Below are positions 52,330-63,560 of a stretch of DNA of 64,000 bases, in pieces. The notes under the pieces are model-generated. The model was not told the origin of the DNA. It was given only the letters and a program-made list of their open reading frames with translations, and made no database searches. The position numbers and the translations under genes are program-made. Source of the DNA: an uncultured Methanoregulaceae archaeon. Lineage in GTDB: Archaea > Halobacteriota > Methanomicrobia > Methanomicrobiales > Methanospirillaceae. Location of the stretch: the NCBI GenBank assembly GCA_963717525.1, contig OY970343.1, positions 928,001-992,000 of the forward strand, in the 5' to 3' direction. How positions within the stretch are numbered: the stretch's first letter is position 1; each line of letters starts with the position of its first letter.

Positions 52330-54189
52330 ATGGATTTCAAGTACGTACCAAGCACCTGCCCCTACTGTGGCAACGGGTGTGGTGTCAACCTTGTCGTCAA
52401 AGACGGCAAGTTTGTCGGGATCTCCCCGTGGCACCGGAACCCGGTCAACGAGGGTAAGGTCTGTATCCGCGGGAACAAGTCCTACGAGTTCGTGAACAAC
52501 CCTGACCGGCTCGTGTCGCCCCTCATCAAGAAGGGCGACAAGTTCGAGGAAGCCAGCTGGGAAGACGCCTACAAGGAGATCGCCAATGCATTCAAGGCGG
52601 TCAAAGGCGACGCTATCGGTGTTGTTGCTTCCGCCCGGAACAGCAACGAGGACTCTTTTGTCTTAAAGAACTTCGCAGCAAACGTGCTCAAGACCGCAAA
52701 CATCGACTACTGCGGCCGCCGCTGCAACGCCGACGCAGTCAAGGGCCTTGCCGATGCATTCGGTAACGGCGCGACCACCAACTCGCTCGCGGACTTAGGC
52801 GAAGCAAAAGCAATCCTCATTATCGGAAGCAACCCGCTTGAGGAGAACCCGCTTGCAGGCCGCAGGATCATTCTTGCAAAGCTGAACGGTGCAAAGATCA
52901 TCGTCGCTGACGCCCGAACCACGGCAACTGCACGCCTTGCAGACCTCCACATTACCTGCAACCCGGGCACCGGTGTCGCGCTCGTCAACGGCATTATCAC
53001 CGCGATTGTCAAGGCCGGAAAAGAGGACAAGGACTACATCGCAAAGCACACAAAAGACTTCGAGAAGGCAAAGGCAGCAGCAGCATCCTGCACACCCGAT
53101 GCGGTCGCAAAGGCAGCCGGCATCAGCGCTGATGTTGTCACGAAAGCTGCCGAGATCTTTGCTGCAGCCCAGCCCGCGGCAGTCGTCACCTCCGCAGGCG
53201 CAGGCTCCGGCGACCTGATCCGGGCCCTTGCAAACCTCCAGATGGTCACCGGCAATGTCGGCAAGGCCGGCTCAGGTGTCAACCTCCTCCGCGGCAAGAG
53301 CAACGCCCAGGGAGCGGCCGATGTCGGCGCAGTTCCCGGCGAAGGGGGCCTTACTGTCCCGGCCATGATCGACGCGGCAGCAGCTGGCAAGATCAAGGCA
53401 CTTTACGTGGTCGGCGAGAACATCGCCTCTGCAGGCGCCCACGTCTCCGATGCACTCTCCAAACTTGACTTCCTCGTCGTCCAGGACCTTTTCATGACCG
53501 AGACTGCCGCAAAGGCAAACGTCGTCCTGCCCTCTGCCTCTTTTGCAGAGCGCGACGGCACGGTCACCAACGCCGAGCGCCGCGTCCAGCGGATCCGCAA
53601 GGCCATCGAACCTGTCGGCAGCGCGAAGCCCGACTGGCAGATCATAAGCGAGATCGCAAAGGCCATGGGCCACGAGAAGGATTTCGCATTCAAGGACGCG
53701 GAAGCCATCTTTGCAGAGATCGCAAAGATAGTCCCCGCCTACGCGGGCATCACCTACGCGAAACTCGAGAAGCCCGAGGCAATCCAGTGGCCGGCAGCCG
53801 GCGGCGTGTTCGGCACGGCAATCCTGTACACCGACAAGTTTGCCACAAAGGACGGGAAGGCTGCGTTTGCCGCAGTCGAGTACAAGGCCGGCGAGGCCGC
53901 TGGCGGGGAGTTCCCGCTCGCGGTGGCCGCACAGTGGCCTATGGGCACGCTGTCTACGAAAACCGAGTCCATCATGCGCGAGTGGCCCGAGCCGAAAGTC
54001 CATATCAATGTTGAGGACGCTAAAGGACTGGGCATCCTGAACGGCGCTGCCGTCAAGGTCACCTGCAAGGCCGGATCGGTTGAGATGGTCGCCGATGTCA
54101 CCAAGGACATCAAGAAAGGCGTTGTCTCAATGCCTGTCTCCATGGGCGTTGCGGCTGTGAAGATAGAGAAATCCGCAGGAGGGAACTAA
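52330..54189 (+). CDS. Formate dehydrogenase alpha-like molybdopterin-oxidoreductase-fold protein (divergent active site)
   Basis: TCPYCGNGC...C 4Fe-4S motif, LDFLVVQD, AERDGTVTNAERRVQ; IDYCGRRCN where FdhA has DHCARLCH. Confidence 0.85.
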   Translation: MDFKYVPSTCPYCGNGCGVNLVVKDGKFVGISPWHRNPVNEGKVCIRGNKSYEFVNNPDRLVSPLIKKGDKFEEASWEDAYKEIANAFKAVKGDAIGVVASARNSNEDSFVLKNFAANVLKTANIDYCGRRCNADAVKGLADAFGNGATTNSLADLGEAKAILIIGSNPLEENPLAGRRIILAKLNGAKIIVADARTTATARLADLHITCNPGTGVALVNGIITAIVKAGKEDKDYIAKHTKDFEKAKAAAASCTPDAVAKAAGISADVVTKAAEIFAAAQPAAVVTSAGAGSGDLIRALANLQMVTGNVGKAGSGVNLLRGKSNAQGAADVGAVPGEGGLTVPAMIDAAAAGKIKALYVVGENIASAGAHVSDALSKLDFLVVQDLFMTETAAKANVVLPSASFAERDGTVTNAERRVQRIRKAIEPVGSAKPDWQIISEIAKAMGHEKDFAFKDAEAIFAEIAKIVPAYAGITYAKLEKPEAIQWPAAGGVFGTAILYTDKFATKDGKAAFAAVEYKAGEAAGGEFPLAVAAQWPMGTLSTKTESIMREWPEPKVHINVEDAKGLGILNGAAVKVTCKAGSVEMVADVTKDIKKGVVSMPVSMGVAAVKIEKSAGGN

Positions 54190-54191
54190 CC

Positions 54192-55445
54192 ATGACAAAG
54201 AAAGGCGATATGCTCTACGCGTGGACCAACGACGCAGAGATCCAGAAGAAGGCCGAGCTCGGTGGCGCGGTTACCTCCCTCTGGAAACACGCGCTCGAGA
54301 CCAAGACCATCGACGGGGTCCTCGTCATCTCCAAGGGTAAGGACCTCTACGATGCAAAGCCGACGCTCGTGACCGACCCGGCTCAGCTCGCAAACACGGC
54401 AGGCTCGCTCCACTGCGGTACGCTTCTCCTGCCCAAACTCATCAAGAAGTACTTCGATGGTGCGGCAGCCATGAAGATCGGTGTCACCGTCAAGGGCTGC
54501 GATGCGATGGCGTTCTACGAACTGGCCAAGCGCAAGCAGATCAACCTCGATAATATCTTCATGATCGGTGTCAACTGCGGTGGATCGGTCAGCCCCGTTC
54601 TCGCCCGCAGGATGATCGCCGACAAGTACGGCGTCGACCCGGACACAGTCCACAAGGAAGAGATCGACAAGGGCCAGTTCATCATCGAGTACGAAGGCGG
54701 CCACAAGGGTATCACTGTCGACGAGCTCGAAGAGCACGGCTACGGCCGCAGGTCCAACTGCCGCCGCTGCAAGATGAAAGTGCCCCGGCAGGCAGACCTC
54801 GCGTGCGGTAACTGGGGCGTTATCGGTCCCCGTGCGGGAAAAGCTACCTTTGTCGAGGTATGCAGTGAGAAGGGCGCACACCTCCTTGACAGCGCAGTCA
54901 AGAAGGGCATCCTTGCAACCGAGGCAGCAAACCCCAAGGGCCTTGAGATCCGTGGGAAAGTCGAGGGAGCAATGCTCAAGCTCGGCGAGAAGTGGCGCAA
55001 GAAAGATTTCGAAGGGCTGGGCGACGGCAAAGACCGGTTAAAGAAGATCATGGCCGAGACCTCACGGTGCATCAAGTGCTACTCGTGTATCTCCGCCTGC
55101 CCGATCTGCTACTGTGTCGACTGCACCACGAAGAACCCGACGTATGTCAAACCCGGCGAGGTCCCGCCAAACTTCATGTTCCACCTCATCCGGTTCGCCC
55201 ACATTGCAGACTCCTGCGTGAACTGCGGCCAGTGCCAGGAACTCTGTCCTGCGGAGATCCCGAATGCCCTCTTCATGCACGCCCAGCAGGTCGAGCTCGA
55301 GAAGATGTTCGGCCATGTCCCGGGTGTCAACATGGAACTGCCACTCATGGCGTTTGTCGAAGAAAGAGAAGAGCGGGCCCGGCTCGGAAACACCGGCAGC
55401 GACATGATCTACGAAAACGTGTTCAGCCCGGTGCCGAAGAAATAA
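54192..55445 (+). CDS. fdhB: F420-dependent formate dehydrogenase beta subunit (FrhB/FdhB family)
   Basis: GGAVT, GSLHCG, KGCD, GVNCGG, RRSNCRRC, CIKCYSCISACPICYC, CVNCGQCQELCP. Confidence 0.92.
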   Translation: MTKKGDMLYAWTNDAEIQKKAELGGAVTSLWKHALETKTIDGVLVISKGKDLYDAKPTLVTDPAQLANTAGSLHCGTLLLPKLIKKYFDGAAAMKIGVTVKGCDAMAFYELAKRKQINLDNIFMIGVNCGGSVSPVLARRMIADKYGVDPDTVHKEEIDKGQFIIEYEGGHKGITVDELEEHGYGRRSNCRRCKMKVPRQADLACGNWGVIGPRAGKATFVEVCSEKGAHLLDSAVKKGILATEAANPKGLEIRGKVEGAMLKLGEKWRKKDFEGLGDGKDRLKKIMAETSRCIKCYSCISACPICYCVDCTTKNPTYVKPGEVPPNFMFHLIRFAHIADSCVNCGQCQELCPAEIPNALFMHAQQVELEKMFGHVPGVNMELPLMAFVEEREERARLGNTGSDMIYENVFSPVPKK

Positions 55446-55624
55446 TCTCCTCTTTTTTTAGGAAACACTTTTTTTTGAAGGCAGGGATTCTTCAAAGCCT
55501 GCGATGTGTGGTTTTTTACGATATCGTAGATTACAGGCTACGTTACAAGAAAAACAGTTCCGGGTTCAAATGACGCCTAATATCTTATCCGTAGTTAGCA
55601 GTCAAAATTCATTGAAAACTAAAA

Positions 55625-55782
55625 CGATGCCTCCCCGCCTCAGGGCCCCTCGCGGGGCACGGCGGGGCGAGAAGGTGTTTCGGTAGCGATTCCATCACAT
55701 TTCGGTGCCCGAACATTGTCTGATTCAATAGGTTTTTAGTCCCTTGCCCGCCGCGGGGGCGCCCCGTCGGGGGCGGCGGGAG
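55625..55782 (+). repeat. Bipartite GC-rich hairpin element, copy 4
   Basis: CGATGCCTCCCCGCCTCAGGGCCCCTCGCGGGGCACGGCGGGG ... CCCGCCGCGGGGGCGCCCCGTCGGGGGCGGCGGGAG. Confidence 0.88.
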
Positions 55783-55846
55783 TTATCACATCACGATGAG
55801 TATGTCTGTTCATCTTGTCGTTTGAATAACGATATCAAAATCTGAA

Positions 55847-56884
55847 TTATAGCCCATGCATCTTCCGGAACAACCGGACCCGGGCCCGGGTCGCATCTGT
55901 TGGTTCCGGCACCGGCCCGGTGCTCCGTTCTCCTCTCGCGGCTCGGAGAATGGCGTTGATAGCTGCGGGGTGGGAGGGCCCATACCCGCCTTCGAGGACA
56001 AAAGCAGGAGAAAGACCGGTTCCGTCAAGCATGAGGCTGGTGAGTGTTCCAAAATCTGCCGGGACAAGGCCCATCACGCTCAGCGGGTCGCCCGTCATCG
56101 CGTCCTGCCCGGCCGAAACGATGAGAAGATCCGGTCTGGCCCGTTCGAGCACCGGAAGGAAGAGCTCCGTAAAGACATGCACATAATCCCCGATAGTGCT
56201 TCCGGGGAGCAGCGGGGCGTTCACCGTGAAGCCTGCACCGTTTCCGGAACCGGTCTCGGTGGCCGTACCGGAGAGGGGGAAGATGCCCTCCGCATGGACC
56301 GAGCAGTACAGCACCCGGTCGCTCTTTCTGAAGATCTCCTGGGTCCCATTCCCATGGTGAACGTCCCAGTCGACAATCGCGACCCGGTCCACGGAACCAA
56401 GCGCCTGTGCCGCGGCTACCGCTGCATTGTTGATGAGACAGAACCCCATCGCCCAGCCGGGAAGGGCATGGTGACCCGGCGGCCGGACAAGCGCAAAGGA
56501 ACTTTTCCCGTCAATCGCACGCGCCGCTGCCATGCATGCCGCCCCGGCGGCATAGGTGGCAACGCTGTACGACCACGGGGTGAAATAGGTGTCTGCATCG
56601 ATAAAACCTGACACCACCGGGGCTCCCGGGGCCTGCCCCGCGGTGCTCCCCGCTCTGCCACCCGGATCTTCAGGAACTGAACGGGGAGAGAGGCCGTGCA
56701 GCCATGCAAGGTAGCCGGGCTGATGGACGCGTGCAAGATCTTCTTCAGCCGCAGCCACGGGATCGAGTTTGGAGATGCCGGCCGGAAGGCGGGCTAGAAT
56801 CGCATGGAGACGATCGGCAGATTCAGGATGGCCCGGGCAGTCGTGAAGATCAAAGACCGGCCCGGTGATGACGGCGCATTGCAT
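55847..56884 (-). CDS. Histone deacetylase family protein
   Basis: HPES..RL, RPPGHH, GFC..NN, DWDVHHGNGTQ, SAGQD, LEGGY. Confidence 0.95.
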   Translation of the reverse strand: MQCAVITGPVFDLHDCPGHPESADRLHAILARLPAGISKLDPVAAAEEDLARVHQPGYLAWLHGLSPRSVPEDPGGRAGSTAGQAPGAPVVSGFIDADTYFTPWSYSVATYAAGAACMAAARAIDGKSSFALVRPPGHHALPGWAMGFCLINNAAVAAAQALGSVDRVAIVDWDVHHGNGTQEIFRKSDRVLYCSVHAEGIFPLSGTATETGSGNGAGFTVNAPLLPGSTIGDYVHVFTELFLPVLERARPDLLIVSAGQDAMTGDPLSVMGLVPADFGTLTSLMLDGTGLSPAFVLEGGYGPSHPAAINAILRAARGERSTGPVPEPTDATRARVRLFRKMHGL

Positions 56885-56995
56885 GCGGAATAACGGCCCC
56901 GGATCGGATGAGGAGATGATCGGCCGGTGACCAGATGAACATTATGGCTAGGGAGACCTGCAGTTTAGTTGGAGATTACAAAAAAAAGAATAAAA

Positions 56996-57316
56996 TTATT
57001 TCGGGGACTTCCGGATCATCCGGACGTTCTGGAGCGTGACCTGCCCGTGCTCCACAAATTTTTCGATGTCCGGGAGAACGGCCATGATCTTCTCTTCCTC
57101 ATCCACGACCTCGATGGTCACGGGGAGGTCGAGTGAGAGCCGGAGCACGTCCACTGTGTGGATTACACTCTCATGGCCAAACCCGGCCATGCCCCGCAGG
57201 ACGGTGCAGCCGAGAAACCCTTTCCTCTTAAAATAGTCCACCAGGTACCTGTACGCCGGCCTGCCTTCGATCGTTGCCGATTCCGCGATGTAGATCTTAA
57301 GTAATATTCCATCCAT
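56996..57316 (-). CDS. DUF190 (PII-like) protein associated with crcB
   Basis: LKIYIAE, GCTVLRGMAGFG, LSLDLPV.IE.VD. Confidence 0.9.
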   Translation of the reverse strand: MDGILLKIYIAESATIEGRPAYRYLVDYFKRKGFLGCTVLRGMAGFGHESVIHTVDVLRLSLDLPVTIEVVDEEEKIMAVLPDIEKFVEHGQVTLQNVRMIRKSPK

Positions 57317-57339
57317 AAGCATGCTCCCGTCCACCCCCG

Positions 57340-57708
57340 TCACAAGGCGACCCACCCGCCGCAGGCCAGGTATCCGGCAGCAACGGCAAGGAGTCCTCCC
57401 CCGATACTGATCGCAGTATATGTTGCAAGGGTGCGATAATCATGATCCTCCAGCATCCTGAAGGTCTCGTACGAGAAGGTCGAAAATGTCGTAAATCCCC
57501 CAAGGCCGCCGGTACCGATCAGGTAATACAGGTCTCCCTGAACCTGCGAGAAAACGAGGAGGGAGAAGGCAAAACTCCCGGCGATGTTGACAAGCAGCGT
57601 CCCGGCCGGGATGCCCCGGAACGGCTGTATGCGCGAGAGGACAAAGCGCAGCACCGACCCGGCTGCTCCCCCGAGACCGACGAGGATGATCGGGTCCATC
57701 TCAGTCAA
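57340..57708 (-). CDS. crcB: Fluoride channel Fluc/CrcB
   Basis: GGAAGSVLR, GTLLVN, GGFTTFSTF. Confidence 0.93.
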   Translation of the reverse strand: MTEMDPIILVGLGGAAGSVLRFVLSRIQPFRGIPAGTLLVNIAGSFAFSLLVFSQVQGDLYYLIGTGGLGGFTTFSTFSYETFRMLEDHDYRTLATYTAISIGGGLLAVAAGYLACGGWVAL

Positions 57709-58072
57709 ACCTCCCGTGGAGGATCACGAGGCGCCCGCACCAGATCGCGGCAAAGCCGAGGAGGAATGTTGCCACGAGGTTTACTGCACCGAGGACCGGC
57801 CCGGCAGCAAAGGACTGCACTTCAAGCGCCGAGAACGTGGTAAAAGACCCGATGATCCCGACCGCGCAAAACTGTCTCGTGGTCCGGGAGAACCGGCCCA
57901 GGTACATCGATTCGTACATGAAGATGCCCAGAAAGAAGCAGCCGACCGTGTTCACGATCAGCGTGCCGGGCAGGGAATCGACGACCGCGGTATCGGTGAG
58001 ATACCGGAGTACGGCGCCGATAAACCCGCCGAACGCGACGGCAAGGAAAGGGGTAAAATCCTCTTTTACCAT
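57701..58072 (-). CDS. crcB: Fluoride channel Fluc/CrcB (second paralog)
   Basis: GGFIGAVLR, GTLIVN, GSFTTFSA. Confidence 0.93.
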   Translation of the reverse strand: MVKEDFTPFLAVAFGGFIGAVLRYLTDTAVVDSLPGTLIVNTVGCFFLGIFMYESMYLGRFSRTTRQFCAVGIIGSFTTFSALEVQSFAAGPVLGAVNLVATFLLGFAAIWCGRLVILHGRFD

Positions 58073-58197
58073 ACGGGATCCTCCCCAATAGCAGCACAGA
58101 GGACCGGGATCCGGGTATTTTCCCGGGCAGACACTCTCGACGTGTCCTGCCGGACAAGCGCGAGACGCAGGTCACGGAAGGTTAAATCTGGCGACAT
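58066..58197 (-). CDS. Putative 43-aa leader ORF between the riboswitch and crcB
   Basis: GGAGG RBS right after the aptamer; MSPDLTF...EDPVW* overlaps the crcB start (ATGGTAA). Confidence 0.45.
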   Translation of the reverse strand: MSPDLTFRDLRLALVRQDTSRVSARENTRIPVLCAAIGEDPVW

Positions 58198-58226
58198 CAA
58201 ATGAAGCCTCCAATCATCATGTCAGG

Positions 58227-58276
58227 GTAGAAGTCATCAGTCACGGGAGTGACGGTTGGAGGCGGACTTCATCGCC
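58227..58276 (-). ncRNA. Fluoride (crcB) riboswitch aptamer
   Basis: Minus strand GGCGATGAAGTCCGCC-TCCAACCG-TCACTCCCGTGA-CTGATGACTTCTAC fits the crcB motif; upstream of crcB genes. Confidence 0.93.
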
Positions 58277-58406
58277 GTTAAAAAAAATTGGCGTTTATGG
58301 TAATTGAAGATAACGGAGGTGAGGAGAGACCTCAGCGCGCCCACAGGTTGAGCGCATTCCAAAAGAAAACTATTTGTGACCCAACCGTCATCTCTGATCT
58401 GTCAGG

Positions 58407-58740
<334 letters not shown>

Positions 58741-58742
58741 CC

Positions 58743-60783
58743 ATGGCGCCCGGTGCCGATCCTTCAAATGAATTCCTCGCAAAGCACCTCCGGATCACCT
58801 GCGAGCACATCGACCGGCTACTTGGCGAGATCGAAGGTGTCCTCAACGAGTCCTCATCCCGAACCGCATTTCCGGAGTACGTCAGGGACATTACCCAGGC
58901 GCAGCAGAAGACGATCGAGGATTATATCACGCGCATCCGCGCCCGGCTCGTCCAGGTCATGGAAGGGCAGGGGATTCGCACTAACCCGCCGGGCATCTTT
59001 GTCTCGAGGGCCGTTCATGCCAGGCTATACGCCATCGATGTTGCAGCCGAAGAAATCAAACCACAATATATGATGGGGTTTGGCAATATCCCCGATACCA
59101 CCGCGACAGAACTCAATGGCATTGCAGGGGAGTTGCAGGCGCTTGTCTCACGCCTTGGCCAGTATCTCGGCGAAGGCGCCGGGCAGGATTTCCGGGAACG
59201 GCTGCAGCGCCTTGAAGGGGCCGGTAATGACCTCGACCTCCTCTCCCGGATCGAACGGGTTGTCGCGAAACGGGGACTGGTGGAATTCCGGGGGACGATC
59301 GACGCGATCCTCGACCGGGCCGAGGACCGGAGTTTTGAGATCGCGGTCTTCGGGCGTGTCAGCTCCGGCAAGTCGTCGCTCCTCAACGCAGTCATCGGTA
59401 CTGACGTGCTCCCCGTCGGTGTGACCCCGGTTACAGCTGTCCCCACGCGCATCATCCACGGGGAAAAACCATCACTCACGGTATCGTTTGCCGATGCACC
59501 GGCAAGAACGTTCGGGATCCAGCAGCTCGGGGAGTTCGCAACCGAACAGCACAACCCCAATAACGTAAAGCATGTGACACGCGTTACCGTAACTATCCCG
59601 GTATCGCGCCTCTCCCAGGGGGTTTCCTTTGTCGATACGCCGGGTCTCGGTTCACTTGCAACAGGGGGTGCTGCCGAAACTCTTGCGTACCTGCCCCGGT
59701 GCGATCTTGGGGTGGTCCTGATCGATGCGGGATCCACGCTGACCGAAGAAGACGTGCGGACCATCCGTGCATTGCAGGAAGCTGCCATTCCCGCACATGT
59801 CCTGCTCAGTAAAGCAGATCTCCTCGACCGGCCTGACTGCGAAAAGACCCTCGGGTACATCAGGCAGCACATAGTCTCAGAAACCGGCCTTGACCTGCCG
59901 GTCCACCCGGTCAGTGTCCACCCCTCGCACCGGAAGCTGCTCGACCGGTGGTTCGATGAGGAGATCCTGCCCGGTCATGAGCCACGCGCAGGATCTCCGG
60001 GCCACTTCGTTACAGAGAAAGATTGGTGCGCTGCGGGAATCTCTTGTGTATTCCCTGCAGAACCAGATCCGGAGGAGCCGGCACGCACCTGCGGGAAATG
60101 CAGAAACCACCCGGGATGTCGAAACCCGTTTGCGAAGGGCGACCGGTCTTATCGTCGAGACCGGTAAAGCCTGCCGGGAAAAGGCTAATGCGATGAACGG
60201 GAAGGTTTTTGAAACCTGGATCGCAGCTGCTGCAGGCGCCACAAACGAAGGGCCTGAGGGCGCTGACAGAAAGATTTCCGACAAAGATGTGGTCCGCACC
60301 GTTGTTCTCCAGACCGTTCAGGAGGGGATAAAGGATATCCAGGACCTCGTCGAGACCCTTGCCACCAGCCTGCAGGAGGAGCTCGTAAAAAGCGCTTCAG
60401 ATCTCGCCATTGCCGATGTGCCCGGCGATAATGAATTCCTCCTGCTGGTCCGGGATATGCCGTCGTTCGATCCCGGAACAATCCAGGTCACGGTGCCCCC
60501 GTACGCATTCACTGCGATGCTCGGGACGCACTTTGGAGAAAAGCTGCTGGCACGGAAGATACACCGGCAGTTCGACGAATCTTTCGGATCGGTCATTGAA
60601 GGTTACTTCAGGATCCTCAGGGAATGGTCAAGCCAGGTGACGTACCAGATGGGCCGGAAATTCGAGACCTATGCCGAACGATACCGGGCACAGGCAGTAC
60701 AATCACCCCAGGGACAGGATCTGACGACGGATGAGATGAAAGCTATTGATGAAGATCTGAAAGTTCTCGGAGAGAATCCTTAA
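58743..60783 (+). CDS. Bacterial dynamin-like GTPase (frameshift near 59970)
   Basis: G1 GRVSSGKS, G2 PVTAVPT, G3 DTPG, G4 SKAD; helical N- and C-terminal stalks. Confidence 0.85.
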
Positions 60784-60929
60784 AAAACGCCTCAGTCGCA
60801 GCAGCGTAAGGCATCGGCCGGATCCTGCGGTGTCCCTGTGCCGGAAGCATGCTCCACCAGGCACACCCCCGGATCCCGCCCCAAACAGTTCCCGAGGGGG
60901 GCAACCCCGGTAAAAATTATGAGAAATGG

Positions 60930-62553
60930 TTATGAGAAGCCGGACGAGAGCCCCTCGCGGATATCCTTCTTCTTTTCAGTATTGAGCCGGGCCACGTAGT
61001 CCTCGAACCGGTGGATCCGGGTGCTGACCGGGAAGGGGATGCCGATCGTGGAGATGATCGCGTCGCCCTGGTCGAGCGTCTGGATCTCGATCTCCATCTT
61101 CGATAGGTCCTGCTTGGCGCTCCCGATGATAATGTCGCGGTCGCCCCGGTCGCCGAGGCCCATAACGACAAACGTATTGATCTGGGCAAGCACCTTCGCG
61201 TCGACATTCTTTGGCTGCTGGGTGATGACACAGAGGCCCACGCCGAACTTCCTCCCTTCCATCGCGCACTCGCGGAAGATCTGGGTGGACGAGCCGCCGG
61301 ACCCGAGCACCCGTTGCGCCTCTTCGATGGTGATGAGCACTTTCTTCTGTTCGGCGGGTTCGGTTTCAAGGCCGAACTCCTCTGCCGATGCACGGTGGGC
61401 CTGCATGATCCTTCGTGTGATCATTGAGAGGATCAGCAGCTCGCTGCGCTCACCCATCCGGGGGATATCGATGAGGACGACCTTGTTCTCGTGGAGGTAC
61501 CGGAGGATCTCCGGGATGGCTGACCCGGACTCGCGGAAGAATTTCCGGTTGCCCTGCACGATGTTCCTGAGGCGCCTCTGGATGACCCCCAGCGTGGCGG
61601 GGTGAAACGATCCCAGTTTATTTGCAATATCCGGGTATGGCCCGTTATACTGGTTGTTTTTAACGTCATCCGGCAGCGTCTCAACGTTGACCGAGAGGAA
61701 GAAGGGGATAAGCTCTTTTCCCGGGATTTCATCGAGCGTTTCGATCAGGTCGCGCTGGGCCTGCGACGAATCATACAGGAGGTTTAAGTCCGTCATCCGG
61801 AAATCATCGTAGTCAAGCCAGAGGCTGGAAAGCGAGTACTTCTTCCGGTCGCTTTCGCTGATGGTAAAGACAGCAAGCCCGTCTTTTCCCGCACCATAGT
61901 GGACGAGCCCGAGCGTGCGCTCGCCCGTGCTCGACTGCCCGCCCCGCACGTATTCGCCGTGGGGATCGACCATTAAAAGGCCGAACTTCTGCATCTTCAT
62001 GCAGGAGGCGCAGAAGGTCTTCATGAAATTGGACTTGCCCATGCCGGTGGTCGCAAAGACGCCCATGTGCTGGGGGAGCACCTTGCTGTGGATCTTGACC
62101 GGTACGTCACGGAGCACTCCCTGCCCGGTCCTCATGACACCGACTTCGATGTCTCCCATGACTTTTGTGAGGAAGACAAAGTCCTCTGCTTTTGGGATCG
62201 TCACCGGGGAGAACTTGGTCGGCACCGTGCGGGACTTCCTGAAGACCCCGCTCTCATCGACAAAACCGAGCGGGACCGCTTCAACCCCGATGAAAACGTC
62301 CTCACCAAGGCCATAGAAATGCTCGCCGAAGGGGCGGGTATCCCAGTTCTGGTCGGCAAAATTGCTCTCATGGATAAGGTCGCTCACTTTTGCATAGAAG
62401 GAATACCCCTTCGTCCTGTCCGTGATCTTCAGGATGTCGCCGACAAAGAGGGTTTCTGTATGGGGGATAATAAACCGGTACGAGAGTACGCTTCCGGCCA
62501 ATCAGCCGGAATTTGGTCGTATCCTCATGTTCAGTATCGTTCAAAGTCACCAT
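60930..62553 (-). CDS. herA: HerA DNA translocase (frameshift near 62495)
   Basis: HMGVFATTGMGKS, DPHGEY, IEEAQR, EGRKFG, TQQP; in an operon with nurA and rad50. Confidence 0.92.
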
Positions 62554-63560
62554 GTAAATCACCAAAAAGGTCTTCAAAGAGCCGGTTACGGATTCCCTGT
62601 TTTAAAAGGCCGGCTTTTATATCCTGCTGTACCCGGGTCACCAGCGCTTCATCGATGAGGACGGCACGGTGGGCGTCGAGGAGCGGGTAGGGATACCCGG
62701 GGATTCTCCCGTCATCAGCACACGCGGCGAGGGCCTGCATGGTGGCCGCTGCCGTCTGTTCGTCCGCACCCTTAGGGAGTTCGATCTTCATCGGCCTTAC
62801 CACGTGCGGGTGGAGCGATGCCACGTAGATCTCCCCGTGCCTCCCCTGCCGGGTACTCGGTGTTGTCGAGGAGGTGGGGATCGATCTTTGTCCACCACGG
62901 GCCGGTGATGCCGGACTGTCCGGCAAGGCCCCTGAGCGCGGGAAGGAGCGGGTGCCCGCCGCCCCACGTGGCCCGGGTACGCTTCGCCACTGCGGCGAGA
63001 AGAAGATCGCGTTCCCCTGCTTTTTTTATGATGTCGGCGAGGACCGGTTCGTGGTTCTGGCTGGTGACCCGGAGTGCGCCGTCGATGAGCAGGAGGGAGC
63101 CTCCCGGCAGGGTGGCCGCGGTCTGTAAGGTGACCCAGTACTCGAGCGTGTCGCGGAGGGCTTCTGCAGCACGGTCGGGATCGCTGTTGTCCAGGCCCTT
63201 GTGCGGGGGAATGCCGAAACACTCCCGGTACAGGTCATCGAAGTCATAATTACGGTGAAGGGGGCCGATGGTCACGAGCGTGAGGGGGGATATGGCACGG
63301 CCGGACCTGACGTTGCCGGCAAACGTTGTCCGGCCGGCCCGGATAGCGGCAAGAGCGATACTTCCCCCTTCAAGGACCATCGCGTTGCTCCCGTCCACTG
63401 CACTCACGGTACCTGAGGGCCCGGGGGGAATGGGGCGGAAGTCGTCCCGGTCCATGCCGCTCACCCCGGCAAACCGTGCCACGATGTCTTCGGGGACATG
63501 TGCGGCAATCTTCCCGAGTGCAGAATTCACGGATGTTTCGTACAACCGCCGGTTATCCAT
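62531..63560 (-). CDS. nurA: NurA 5'-3' nuclease (frameshift near 62850)
   Basis: AVDGS, IDGAL, AVAKRT, GYPYPLLDAH. Confidence 0.9.
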
